Assembly: GCA_026395595.1 (NCBI GenBank)
Contig: JAPLYL010000008.1
Span: 1-54,416, forward strand
Source: Candidatus Parcubacteria bacterium
GTDB lineage: Bacteria > Patescibacteriota > Minisyncoccia > Phycocordibacterales > CAIJYI01
Reading direction: 5' to 3'
Length of the DNA stretch: 54,416 nt
Position 1 is the stretch's first letter. Each line of letters starts with the position of its first letter. The position numbers and the translations under genes are program-made. Below the pieces are notes generated by a model. It was given only the letters and a program-made list of their open reading frames with translations. It searched no databases and was not told where the DNA came from. Below are positions 1 to 8,307 of this stretch, piece after piece.

Positions 1-2538
1 TCTGAAACTGACCGATTGTCCCGAAATGACATTGAACTCCGCTGTTTCATGAGGAGCAGCGCCATGGCTTATGATCGGAACCTGTACCGTGTTGCCGGCT
101 TTGGTTGCCGTGCAGGTTCCGGAGCTGGATCCTCCGTTCGGACTGGAACAGGTCCATGTGGCTGTTCCTCCGGGTGTCGGGGGTGTGGTATTGCTGGGGG
201 TTCCGACAGCGCATTGGGGGTAAGTACCAAAGGCGGTTTCTTTGTTGGAGTAGGCGCGGGCGGCGGTGCCGCAGGCGGCTGGGTCAAGTCCCGTAACACT
301 GACGGTTGCTTGCGCCGATGTTCCGACGTCGTTTTTACAAATAAGGGTGGAAGAGGAAATCCCTGACACGGCAGTCAGAGTTCCTGTTACGGGAGAGAGG
401 TTTATGAGTCCGGGTCTGTCTGTTCCGTCTTGAGTGCAAGACGTAACATCTGAAGAACCGAATTTGTACATATACGAAGACCCGGTTGGGATGCTGATAT
501 CACTGACCCACGTAACGCCGTCATCTTTGCTGACCTGAAAAATGACCATGGGATTGGGGAGGATCGTTACCGTCGCCGTTGCGGGGAGAGAGTTCCCTCC
601 CGCTCCGGTACAGGTAACGGAGTAGTTTTTAACAGCCGTGATATTGGATTGCAGTTCAGAACCTGAAACAGCTTTGGTTCCCGACCAACTACCACTTGCG
701 GTACAAGAAGAGACATCGCCGGCAGTGGTCCAAGTGAGAGTAGATGAACCGCCTGATGTGACAGAGGTTGGAGAGGCGGTGAGAGTTACGGTTGGGGGTG
801 GAGGGACGACAAGGGCGGGGGCGACGACGGTGTAGGGGAGAGAATACGATTGTGTTCCTGAAAAAACATTCGAAGATAAGGAAGCATCTATTGTGGCATT
901 ATACGTTCCAATAACGTTTTGTGAAACAAAAGAAGACACTGTTTTATTTAAAACGTCAGTAGCACCACTGTTATTTATTGTCGCAGTCAAACTAGTTCCA
1001 TCAGCTTGGTTTCCACATGCGACATAATATGCCGCTGCAGTTACGCTCATTTTTTCTCTGACAAGGTAAACGCTTTTATCTAAAGATGCAGTAATATAAA
1101 TATAGTTAAAACATCCAGTTCGGCGAGCAGGAGCGTGATAACAAACAGGTAAGTAGAACGTACCTTCGTTAGCAGCCCTCGCTTCCCTCCCTCCCGCAAA
1201 CAAAGAAACCCCCACCATTACCGCCAACAATACAGCCATATCATGTCTCCTGTTTTTTCTCGCCAAATAAAAGGAGAGAAAAGCGATAAGAAGAAGAACA
1301 AAACCAAAAACAGTCCGCGCAAGAAGCATATCAAAGATAGGATTCTCCGTTTCGGCTTTCGGATTCATCTCATACTTATTCTCCGACAGAACTTTCTTGT
1401 TTTGATCGGTAATTTGCGCAGTAACCACGGGATTCTGACAGGTGGAAGTTATGGGAATGGAAAAATGTTCCAGACCTCCCTGTTTTTTGGCATCAAGATT
1501 CTGATTAAATGACTCAGAGCAAGAATTCCCGTTTCCATCAAGAAGGGTGAAAAAAACATCAACGGGATTCTCTGTGTCGGAAATTCCCGTTCTTGATCCG
1601 GGGAAATTATCTGCTGATCCGCTCCAAAAGAAAGAAATGTTCGCCGTCTCACCTTTTTGATAAGAAGCTTTATCTGTCGTCAGATTCTGTATAGTAGCAC
1701 TCTCACCACTGAGGACGTAGTGAAAAACAACAGGAGAAGAAACCTTTGTTTGCTTTTCATCTATAAAAGAGAGTATGGCATCATATGCCTGCGGTTCGCT
1801 TGTCTTCGGAAGAACCGCGGTGAAATCCATCTTCTGATTCGCTTTGAGAGTAATGGGAGTTTGCTTTTCCGTACCTACTATTTTTCCATAAGCGGAACGG
1901 TAGCGAGTCTCAAAAACAGGGGTGATGATCTTTTCAGTTTTAAAGGTGTTAGAGATGGAACAATGAGCGATAAGCGTTTCTTCTTTGGAAATATCGACGC
2001 CTTGGGAAAGCGTATATTTTTTATCTCCCTTTTCTCCTTTAACCGTAAGGAAGCAACCGAGAGAATCAATAAAAATACTTTCACCGGTACCATTGAGAAA
2101 AATCTCCCCGGGCAAGCGAATAATACTAAAAGGAAGCCCATCAGAATTTTTTGCTTCCACTTCAATAATATGGATTCCTCGCAAAAAGGGCGGGGCGGTA
2201 TAAACTGCTTCTTTATGAATGGATTCGTTCTCTTTAAGCCTCAAAATATCGCGATCATACACTTTCTGATCCGCCAGAGAAAATCCGTTGCTTTCCTTTT
2301 TGAGAAGCTTTACGGAATAAATGACTTCGGGTTGAATACCCGCGCGATTGCTAACGTCAAAAGCAAGGGTAAAAACATTATTCTCTTGTTTCAGAAATTT
2401 TATATTTCCAATACCGACAGTAGCAACCACCGTTACTTTTTGAGAAGAAGCGGCGACATCTATTTTTGGGGGAACTTGCGCTCCGGCCGATAGGAATCCG
2501 AAGAAAAAAACGGAGATGGAAATAAAAAAATTACGCAT
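1..2538 (-). CDS. Large secreted/cell-surface protein, 3'-truncated by the window edge (at least 846 codons). Missing from the supplied ORF track.
   Basis: I checked every + strand frame-1 triplet from 1 to 2538 and found no TTA/CTA/TCA, so the minus frame is open. ATG at 2538 gives MRNFFISISVFFFGFLSAGAQ (signal-like). An internal TM segment, RKNRRHD and a second hydrophobic segment lie at nt ~1190-1320. Ig-like Cys-pair modules (TLTWTT..SCTASGSWSG..YSVTCTG) occupy nt 1-840. Confidence 0.75.
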   Translation of the reverse strand, partial: MRNFFISISVFFFGFLSAGAQVPPKIDVAASSQKVTVVATVGIGNIKFLKQENNVFTLAFDVSNRAGIQPEVIYSVKLLKKESNGFSLADQKVYDRDILRLKENESIHKEAVYTAPPFLRGIHIIEVEAKNSDGLPFSIIRLPGEIFLNGTGESIFIDSLGCFLTVKGEKGDKKYTLSQGVDISKEETLIAHCSISNTFKTEKIITPVFETRYRSAYGKIVGTEKQTPITLKANQKMDFTAVLPKTSEPQAYDAILSFIDEKQTKVSSPVVFHYVLSGESATIQNLTTDKASYQKGETANISFFWSGSADNFPGSRTGISDTENPVDVFFTLLDGNGNSCSESFNQNLDAKKQGGLEHFSIPITSTCQNPVVTAQITDQNKKVLSENKYEMNPKAETENPIFDMLLARTVFGFVLLLIAFLSFYLARKNRRHDMAVLLAVMVGVSLFAGGREARAANEGTFYLPVCYHAPARRTGCFNYIYITASLDKSVYLVREKMSVTAAAYYVACGNQADGTSLTATINNSGATDVLNKTVSSFVSQNVIGTYNATIDASLSSNVFSGTQSYSLPYTVVAPALVVPPPPTVTLTASPTSVTSGGSSTLTWTTAGDVSSCTASGSWSGTKAVSGSELQSNITAVKNYSVTCTGAGGNSLPATATVTILPNPMVIFQVSKDDGVTWVSDISIPTGSSYMYKFGSSDVTSCTQDGTDRPGLINLSPVTGTLTAVSGISSSTLICKNDVGTSAQATVSVTGLDPAACGTAARAYSNKETAFGTYPQCAVGTPSNTTPPTPGGTATWTCSSPNGGSSSGTCTATKAGNTVQVPIISHGAAPHETAEFNVISGQSVSFR

Positions 2539-2612
2539 ATTTTTTAAAAAAGAATAATAAGCATCTTAAGTATACCACACGATAAAAAACAAACCGTTGT
2601 TTATCCACAAAT

Positions 2613-2646
2613 AAAAAGCGTCCCGAATTTCGGAACGCTTTTTATT
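2613..2646 (-). terminator. Intrinsic terminator after GH15
   Basis: Hairpin GCGTTCCG-AAATT-CGGGACGC (one mismatch) followed by a T-run on the minus strand. Confidence 0.7.
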
Positions 2647-3696
2647 TTAGAAAAGTTTTTGTCCTTCTTTGAGCGCCACAATATAAAGACTCTCCGCCCA
2701 GGCAAGCGGGATATTTTCGTTCGGTTTATCGCTGTTTGAGAAATAGAGTTCGGGGAGTTTGTGTTCCTCCGTCAAAACTTTTTCGGTTTGTTCAAGATAA
2801 AAACGCGCTTTTTCTTTTTCTCCGCGACGAGCGTATATGATGGAAAGCCAAGGGAATCCCATCGTCCATTCCGCTTCTTCGCTCCATTGGTCAATGGTAT
2901 TTTTATTGTAGTATCGGTCTGTCTTGTATCGGATAACCCCGCGGTCTTTCACGAGGTGATATTCAATATTTTCCAGAATTTTATCTTCCATTTCTCTGTT
3001 CAAAATACCGTAAGGATACGAGAGAGAAAACAGGGCAAGGTCAGCGAATTTTGTTGAGGATTCGCGAGGTAAAAGTTTTTTAAGAGTTTCCTCCCCTTTT
3101 TCAATCATACCCTCCGGAATTTTTATAAAAGAAAGTTCAGAAAGTTTTTTCAGTCCGGCAACCACAGCGCCCACAGATGAGGCATGCACTTCTTCATATT
3201 CTTCCCAGACGCCGTTATCCGCATCGTTCCAATATTCAATAGCATTAAGGTACTCTATCAATTTTCCGACGATACGCTTATCGTTTTCTGTTTCCAAAAC
3301 ATGAACCCCTTGTATTTCCAGATCCGCAAGTTTGAAAAGAATCGCGCCCACGGCATCGTTCTGCTTATTTCCCCATTCTTCCCAGTACTCCTCAAAAGTT
3401 TCCGGATGATACCGCGCATGTATATATTGCCATGTCTCGTGCGGTTTATGTCCTATCGCCCAGTGTATTTTTTCTTCGTGTTTCAAAAAAAGATCAAGAA
3501 TGGCGCGCCAAACTTTTTTGACCGTTTCCAAATCTCCCGCCGCCTCAAAACCAAGCGAAGTATAAAAATTATCGCGAAGCCATGCTTTGTCGTACCCTGT
3601 TGAAACACCCGGCGACGCAGCGGAAAAAAGTCCGCTCGTCGATTGCAGAGGTCGCAAGATATTCAAATGTTCTTGTATTTTTTCTTCAGTGGTCAT
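2647..3696 (-). CDS. Glycoside hydrolase family 15-like (glucoamylase-related) protein
   Basis: 349-aa ORF. The N-terminal GYDKAWLRDNFYTSLGF (WxRD-type GH15 signature) and alpha-helical W/E-rich composition fit. Followed by a hairpin terminator. Confidence 0.75.
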   Translation of the reverse strand: MTTEEKIQEHLNILRPLQSTSGLFSAASPGVSTGYDKAWLRDNFYTSLGFEAAGDLETVKKVWRAILDLFLKHEEKIHWAIGHKPHETWQYIHARYHPETFEEYWEEWGNKQNDAVGAILFKLADLEIQGVHVLETENDKRIVGKLIEYLNAIEYWNDADNGVWEEYEEVHASSVGAVVAGLKKLSELSFIKIPEGMIEKGEETLKKLLPRESSTKFADLALFSLSYPYGILNREMEDKILENIEYHLVKDRGVIRYKTDRYYNKNTIDQWSEEAEWTMGFPWLSIIYARRGEKEKARFYLEQTEKVLTEEHKLPELYFSNSDKPNENIPLAWAESLYIVALKEGQKLF

Positions 3697-3968
3697 ACTT
3701 TCAGATATTTTTTCATTACGTCAAAAAGCTCGGCATTGTCATTTTCTTCCGCCTCAGCGCAAAGTACCGCTGCATCTTTTACTTCACGCAAAAACGCCAC
3801 GAGTTTTGCCTGCGCTTTTATTTTTTCATATTCTTCTTTTGAAACCTCTTTGTCGCCGTCCATTTGTTCCAATTTTTCTTCTTCTTTATCTAGTTCTTGC
3901 AAGACGCGTGCAAAAAATGCTTCCGCCGAATTTCCCTCCGCTCCTTTTTCAAATACTGGTGTTTCCAT
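3693..3968 (-). CDS. Small acidic hypothetical protein (91 aa from METPVFEKG)
   Basis: ATGA overlap with the GH15 start. TATACT box 7 nt upstream of ATG 3968, with TTGTAC 18 nt further up. The longer track ORF (to 4055) would run through this promoter. Confidence 0.5.
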   Translation of the reverse strand: METPVFEKGAEGNSAEAFFARVLQELDKEEEKLEQMDGDKEVSKEEYEKIKAQAKLVAFLREVKDAAVLCAEAEENDNAELFDVMKKYLKV

Positions 3969-3975
3969 AAGAAAC

Positions 3976-4005
3976 AGTATATCAAGAGACTCTTTTTTTG
4001 TACAA
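3976..4005 (-). promoter_or_regulatory. Promoter, leaderless type (TTGTAC-18-TATACT-7-ATG)
   Basis: Hexamers read on the minus strand. ATG at 3968. Confidence 0.5.
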
Positions 4006-4148
4006 ACGACATAAGCGCCCGACCTCCAAAACCACTGACGTAAAAGAGTTGACATTTCTTCTAAAGGTGATACTCTGAAAACAGGCTCTTATCTTGAAGC
4101 TTAATTTGTTATTTTACAACAGAAAATTACCCCAAAGGAGGTGTAATT

Positions 4149-5003
4149 ATGTTAGAAGCACTCTTAATGGAACCGATGTTCTATGCGGGTATCGGAGGCT
4201 TTGCGGCCCTTATTGCGATTTTTATCTGGCGTTATCAGTACCCGGATGAATATAAACGCGCAAAAAAGAAAGTGGTCAACTTCCTCTGCACAGCACACCA
4301 TGTGTTCTACTTCCTCGCGTCAATGATATCTTTGTCAGCGCTCGGATGCGTTGCCATCTATTTCTACAGCGAAAAGACTGTAGATGCCATTCGTGCGGGG
4401 GCGCCTGATGTGTATGCTTTTATTGCGGGATATATCCTCTCGGTACAGGTTGCTTTCCTTATCTTCATATCTCTGTTTTTCTTATGGAAAACCATGACCC
4501 ATTACCACAATAGTTTGGATAACGGCGTCATAGACGATCCGGATGTGGAACGCCGTTTTACTCGGACAGATATCGTATTGGATCAGATGGAAAGAAACCG
4601 CAAAAAAGATATGGCTCAAATGCAAAAAGCCATTGAAGCCATCACTCAAATGCAACAAGCATTCTACTCAAACGGAAACCGATTTGAAAAAGACCCCACT
4701 CCTCCTGAAGGTGTTGACGAACGGCGTACTATCGTAAGAAAAGACCCGTCTGTTCCCATAACCAAAGAAGAAATTATTGAGGCGGTTCTTCCGACGCTAG
4801 TGGAAGAAAAAACGACGGAAATAATTCTTCCCGACCAAACGGTAGTTGTTTCTGAAGTTTTGGGACAAACAGAAGAAACGCTTCCCGTGATTGTTCAAGA
4901 AGAACCCATTAAAGAACAAGACAAGCCAAAAAAATTAAGTTGGCTCCACAGTTCCGATTGGGATGAACTCATTTGGGGGAAAAAGGCGGTTAACAAAAAA
5001 TAG
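4149..5003 (+). CDS. Membrane protein, hypothetical (N-terminal TM helices, acidic C-terminal tail)
   Basis: Strong SD (AAAGGAGGTG) 6 nt before the ATG. Hydrophobic N-terminal 120 aa. Terminator hairpin directly downstream. Confidence 0.7.
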   Translation: MLEALLMEPMFYAGIGGFAALIAIFIWRYQYPDEYKRAKKKVVNFLCTAHHVFYFLASMISLSALGCVAIYFYSEKTVDAIRAGAPDVYAFIAGYILSVQVAFLIFISLFFLWKTMTHYHNSLDNGVIDDPDVERRFTRTDIVLDQMERNRKKDMAQMQKAIEAITQMQQAFYSNGNRFEKDPTPPEGVDERRTIVRKDPSVPITKEEIIEAVLPTLVEEKTTEIILPDQTVVVSEVLGQTEETLPVIVQEEPIKEQDKPKKLSWLHSSDWDELIWGKKAVNKK

Positions 5004-5017
5004 TACCGAGCAAAACA

Positions 5018-5051
5018 CAAACGCCCGAGCAACAAGCTCGGGCGTTTTTTT
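5018..5051. terminator. Bidirectional terminator between convergent genes
   Basis: ACGCCCGAGC-AACAA-GCTCGGGCGT with an A-run and a T-run. Confidence 0.85.
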
Positions 5052-5056
5052 AAATT

Positions 5057-6190
5057 TTATTTCAAAACATTCCAAATCCCTTGGTCTTCTCCTCCATCAA
5101 TTTTGAAGACAGTAACACCACGGACACCGAGAGATTTCGCAAGGTTGACTTTATCAGCAACGGCAGAAGAGTCGCTCCACCAAACAAGACGGAAAGGTTT
5201 TTTCGAAGAAGCCGTAGAAGTAGCGGCAGAAAGAGAGATGTCGTTCGGCGAGTAATACATAAAACTCAGTTCTCCTGCCGAATTTCTGGTCGGGGTTACT
5301 CCGACTTTTTTCGCAAGAGCCATTGCCTCATCATGATTGATTGACCGTAATCGTTCATAGTCAAACCATTTTCCATCCGGGGTCACTCGAAACTCATACC
5401 CATAGGTCGGAACGCCGATAACGATTTTATTGAGGCGAATAGCGTTACTCGCCAGCTTCACCACTTTTTTCACCCACGAAGTATCGGCGACGGGAGCATA
5501 GGGAGTAGAACTTCCCTTTTCAGCATTCAAAAGAAGATCAACAATTACCTGGTCATAGGCCATAATCCTCACGCGATCACAGTACGCATTAAGCGCAGCA
5601 TAATCGTTCGCATAGGCGATGTCGGTTGGAATGTTTTTGAAACGAGAATCCAAAGGAGTCCTCGGCTCAATGGTGCACGTCAATATCTTATTTTTCTTAT
5701 GCAGCGCTATTTGAAGCTCCTGCAAAAAGTAAGAGAAATACTTTTTGGTTTCCGCTTTCTTGTTTTCGTAGTCAATGTCAATGCCGTCAAATTTATTATC
5801 CGTAACGATCTTCATAATCGCTTTTTCCTGCGCGATGCGGAGCGTATAAGTTTTAAGAACTTTATGCATTGCGTCCGGATCAGTCCAAAGAATACTCGGG
5901 ATGATTTTTACTTTTTTTGCGCGAGCGGCAGTCAAAAAACTTTTCCACGGCTCTTGGGTTATCCTTGCCGTATCAACAATCGTGCCATCAGCTTTTACCG
6001 TATAAGAAAAAGGACTGACTTCGGAAAAAGCAGTAAGATGCGGAAGCATATCCGCGGTACTGGAAGCCTTCTTCCAATACGGCATCCAAGCGGAGTATTC
6101 CAGCTTTGCTGTAGCGCCAAAAGAAACCGCCGGCAAAAAAATACCGATCACAAGCAAAACAAGAATAAATTTTTTGTGTGAGAATGACAT
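5057..6190 (-). CDS. Glycoside hydrolase family 18 (chitinase-like), secreted
   Basis: FDGIDIDYE matches the DxxDxDxE GH18 catalytic motif. Start placed at MSFSHKKFILVLLVIGIFLPAVSFG (signal peptide). The upstream 41 codons of the track ORF (TTG start) cover hairpin repeats. Confidence 0.8.
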   Translation of the reverse strand: MSFSHKKFILVLLVIGIFLPAVSFGATAKLEYSAWMPYWKKASSTADMLPHLTAFSEVSPFSYTVKADGTIVDTARITQEPWKSFLTAARAKKVKIIPSILWTDPDAMHKVLKTYTLRIAQEKAIMKIVTDNKFDGIDIDYENKKAETKKYFSYFLQELQIALHKKNKILTCTIEPRTPLDSRFKNIPTDIAYANDYAALNAYCDRVRIMAYDQVIVDLLLNAEKGSSTPYAPVADTSWVKKVVKLASNAIRLNKIVIGVPTYGYEFRVTPDGKWFDYERLRSINHDEAMALAKKVGVTPTRNSAGELSFMYYSPNDISLSAATSTASSKKPFRLVWWSDSSAVADKVNLAKSLGVRGVTVFKIDGGEDQGIWNVLK

Positions 6191-6207
6191 AGTTTGTTTA
6201 TATAGCC

Positions 6208-6230
6208 GGACGGGGGTTGTACCCCCGTCC
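6208..6230. repeat. REP-like hairpin (variant)
   Basis: GGACGGGGGT-TGT-ACCCCCGTCC has the same 10-bp stem and 3-nt loop geometry. Confidence 0.6.
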
Positions 6231-6277
6231 ATGACGTTTGGATTTACCAAGTTCTGCGTCATCTGCAAACGTTTCGA

Positions 6278-6296
6278 ACGGAGGTATAACCTCCGT
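6278..6296. repeat. REP-like hairpin (variant)
   Basis: ACGGAGGT-ATA-ACCTCCGT has the same GGAGGT..ACCTCC core. Confidence 0.7.
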
Positions 6297-6317
6297 CCGG
6301 CGATGGACGACAAAAAC

Positions 6318-6346
6318 TTGACTTTTTATATTAACCATGCTAGTAT
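6318..6346 (+). promoter_or_regulatory. Promoter TTGACT-17-TGCTAGTAT
   Basis: Upstream of CDS 6396. Its -10 box lies in the palindrome ATGCTAGTATAGCAT. Confidence 0.55.
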
Positions 6347-6370
6347 AGCATATAGTTTTGAACTTTTCAA
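6342..6370 (-). promoter_or_regulatory. Promoter TTGAAA-17-TGCTATACT (towards GH18)
   Basis: Minus-strand reading of the same palindrome. The -10 boxes of the two promoters coincide. Confidence 0.5.
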
Positions 6371-6395
6371 CAACACAACGAACGAGGAAAATAAA

Positions 6396-6656
6396 ATGTC
6401 TTTAGAAAAATTACCCGATTGGGTGCCAGAAGTAGGGACGATTGTTGAGGTAACACCAAAATGCCCCTCTACATTTTACAAAAAGGCAATAACGAGTTAT
6501 CGTTCAAAAGTAATTTTGGTCACAAAGCGTGAGGATGATTCCTATACTGTTACACTAGACGGCAATCTCAACATATTGATACGTCCCAGAAATTGGACAT
6601 TTGATATGGAGGTTTTACTTGGAAATCCTAACGCAACAGTGAACCTGATGTTCTAA
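6396..6656 (+). CDS. Hypothetical protein (86 aa)
   Basis: Internal ATG preceded by a GAGGA SD. TTGACT-17-TAGTAT promoter at 6318-6346. Terminator at 6666-6703. The upstream part of the track ORF overlaps the GH18 start. Confidence 0.5.
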   Translation: MSLEKLPDWVPEVGTIVEVTPKCPSTFYKKAITSYRSKVILVTKREDDSYTVTLDGNLNILIRPRNWTFDMEVLLGNPNATVNLMF

Positions 6657-6665
6657 TATCAAACA

Positions 6666-6703
6666 CCAAAAACCTCTTGTCCATGACGGGCAAGAGGTTT
6701 TTA
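6666..6703. terminator. Bidirectional terminator
   Basis: AACCTCTTG-(11 nt)-CAAGAGGTT flanked by A- and T-runs. Confidence 0.75.
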
Positions 6704-6752
6704 TATTGTCGTCCGTATTCTTAAATCCTAAATCATAAATCGTAAATCTCGT

Positions 6753-8093
6753 CTACTCAACGAAAGTAATCGCCTTCCCTGTCTTCCCCGCTCTTCCGGT
6801 TCTTCCGACTCGGTGAGTGTAATCTTCGTAGGTCGCAGGCAAATCGTAGTTGATGACATGGCTGACATCGTTGATATCCAAACCGCGGGAAGCGACGTCG
6901 GTCGCGACCATAATCTGCACGCGGTTGCCTTTGAAAAGTTCAAGCGCGCTTTTTCGCTGTCCTTGCGTTTTATTTCCGTGAATGGAAACGGATTTGAATC
7001 CGCGTTTAGTTAATTCGTTGGAAAGCTTTTCAACTCCCCATTTCGTCTGTCCGAAGATGAGCACTTTCTCAAATTCTTTTTTGGAAAGCATGTCGTGAAG
7101 CACTTCTATTTTTTTTGCCCGATCAATCACTCGGACGATATCCTGATCAACGGAAGCGGCCGTATCGCCGACTCGAACAGAAATCCTGATCGGTTCCTTC
7201 AGGAATCCTCCCACTAATTTTTCAATATCGGGAGAGAAGGTCGCGGAGAAGAAAAGAGAATGACGTTCGTGGGGCATTTCTTTCAAGATGGCCTTGATAT
7301 CGGTAATGAAACCCATATCAAGCATGCGGTCGGCTTCGTCCAAAACAACCGTTGAGTATTCAGACATGTGAAGACACTTTCTTTCTTGCAGGTCTTTCAA
7401 ACGTCCGGGAGTACCAATAACGAAGTTGTGGCGATTACGCAAATTACGCATTTGCTCGCGAATGTTGGTTCCGCCGATACAGGAAACGCTCGCAATTCCC
7501 ATTCCTCTCACGAATCCGCGAAGCTCCATTTCTATCTGAAGAGCGAGCTCGCGAGTCGGAACGATAATAATCGCTTTTTTATTTCGCGCCTGTAACATTT
7601 TTTCCACGAGAGGAAGAAGAAAGGCGGCAGTTTTTCCGGTTCCGGTATTCGCAATACCGATAACGTCTTTCCCTGCGAGGACGTGAGGAATAGCCTGATC
7701 CTGAATAGGGGTCGGGGTGACATATCCGTGGTCAACGACATTCTTCGTTAATTCCGGAGAAAATCCGAATTGGACAAAAGAAAACTGCGGAACGTACGGT
7801 CGTGGTTTTTCAACCTCGCGCGCTTTATTGATAAAGCGAGAAACGTCAATTTTGGCGCCACGAAAACGTCCGTTCCCTCCGGCTTTTCCGACACCTCCGC
7901 TTCTACCTCGAGCGCTTCGGTTACCGCCAAAAGACGGTCGTCCTCCGGCGTTTTTATTTCCTCCAAAAGAGGGTCTTCCCCCTGATTTGCGAGCGGATGA
8001 GCTGAAAGAACTTTTCCCTGAGGAAGTTCTGCTCACGGCTCTTTCCGGGCGATCTCTGCGTGAGTGATCGCGATTTGGTCTGACTGGGTTCAT
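6753..8093 (-). CDS. DEAD-box ATP-dependent RNA helicase with N-terminal Arg/Gly/Ser-rich extension
   Basis: Q motif (GYVTPTPIQ), motif I ANTGTGKTAAF, DEAD, SAT, HRVGRTGRAG. The first ~95 aa are RGG/SFGG-rich. Confidence 0.95.
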   Translation of the reverse strand: MNPVRPNRDHSRRDRPERAVSRTSSGKSSFSSSARKSGGRPSFGGNKNAGGRPSFGGNRSARGRSGGVGKAGGNGRFRGAKIDVSRFINKAREVEKPRPYVPQFSFVQFGFSPELTKNVVDHGYVTPTPIQDQAIPHVLAGKDVIGIANTGTGKTAAFLLPLVEKMLQARNKKAIIIVPTRELALQIEMELRGFVRGMGIASVSCIGGTNIREQMRNLRNRHNFVIGTPGRLKDLQERKCLHMSEYSTVVLDEADRMLDMGFITDIKAILKEMPHERHSLFFSATFSPDIEKLVGGFLKEPIRISVRVGDTAASVDQDIVRVIDRAKKIEVLHDMLSKKEFEKVLIFGQTKWGVEKLSNELTKRGFKSVSIHGNKTQGQRKSALELFKGNRVQIMVATDVASRGLDINDVSHVINYDLPATYEDYTHRVGRTGRAGKTGKAITFVE

Positions 8094-8100
8094 AATTTCT

Positions 8101-8129
8101 ATAGTATTAGCGCTTATCTCAAAGCTTAA
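8101..8129 (-). promoter_or_regulatory. Promoter, leaderless type (TTAAGC-17-TACTAT-7-ATG) for the DEAD-box helicase
   Basis: Hexamers on the minus strand. ATG at 8093. No SD present. Confidence 0.4.
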
Positions 8130-8234
8130 CCGCTGAATTTAATGTTATACCTGCAATGCTTTGAGACAGGGACATAAAAACGAGCATACGGATAAACGTA
8201 TACTCGTTTTTCCCTAGTCGTGTTATTAATGATA

Positions 8235-8263
8235 AGTATATTATACTTTCAATAAAAAGTCAA
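8235..8263 (-). promoter_or_regulatory. Promoter TTGACT-17-TATACT
   Basis: Lies immediately after hairpin 8264-8287 and is followed ~25 nt later by terminator-like hairpin 8176-8211. Confidence 0.45.
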
Positions 8264-8307
8264 GCGCCCGACGATGATGTCGGGCGCGAAAAACAAATTT
8301 CTCTTTA

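Noticed and set aside
16-835. Several 60-116-aa ORFs in the GC-rich first 840 nt (16-366 +, 69-299 -, 105-296 +, 638-835 +)
   Set aside because: High GC suppresses stop codons in all frames. All of these lie inside the long minus-strand ORF and translate to G/R/C/P-rich nonsense.
1657-2493. 278-aa + strand ORF, the longest track entry in the first 2.6 kb
   Set aside because: It is the antisense shadow of the uninterrupted minus-strand ORF 1-2538. Its translation is low-complexity (F/I/K/R/N-rich) with no signals. The minus-frame product has a signal peptide and domain structure.
6191-6313. TTG-initiated 41-codon extension of the GH18 ORF
   Set aside because: It covers two hairpin repeats. 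The signal peptide begins at the internal ATG 6190.
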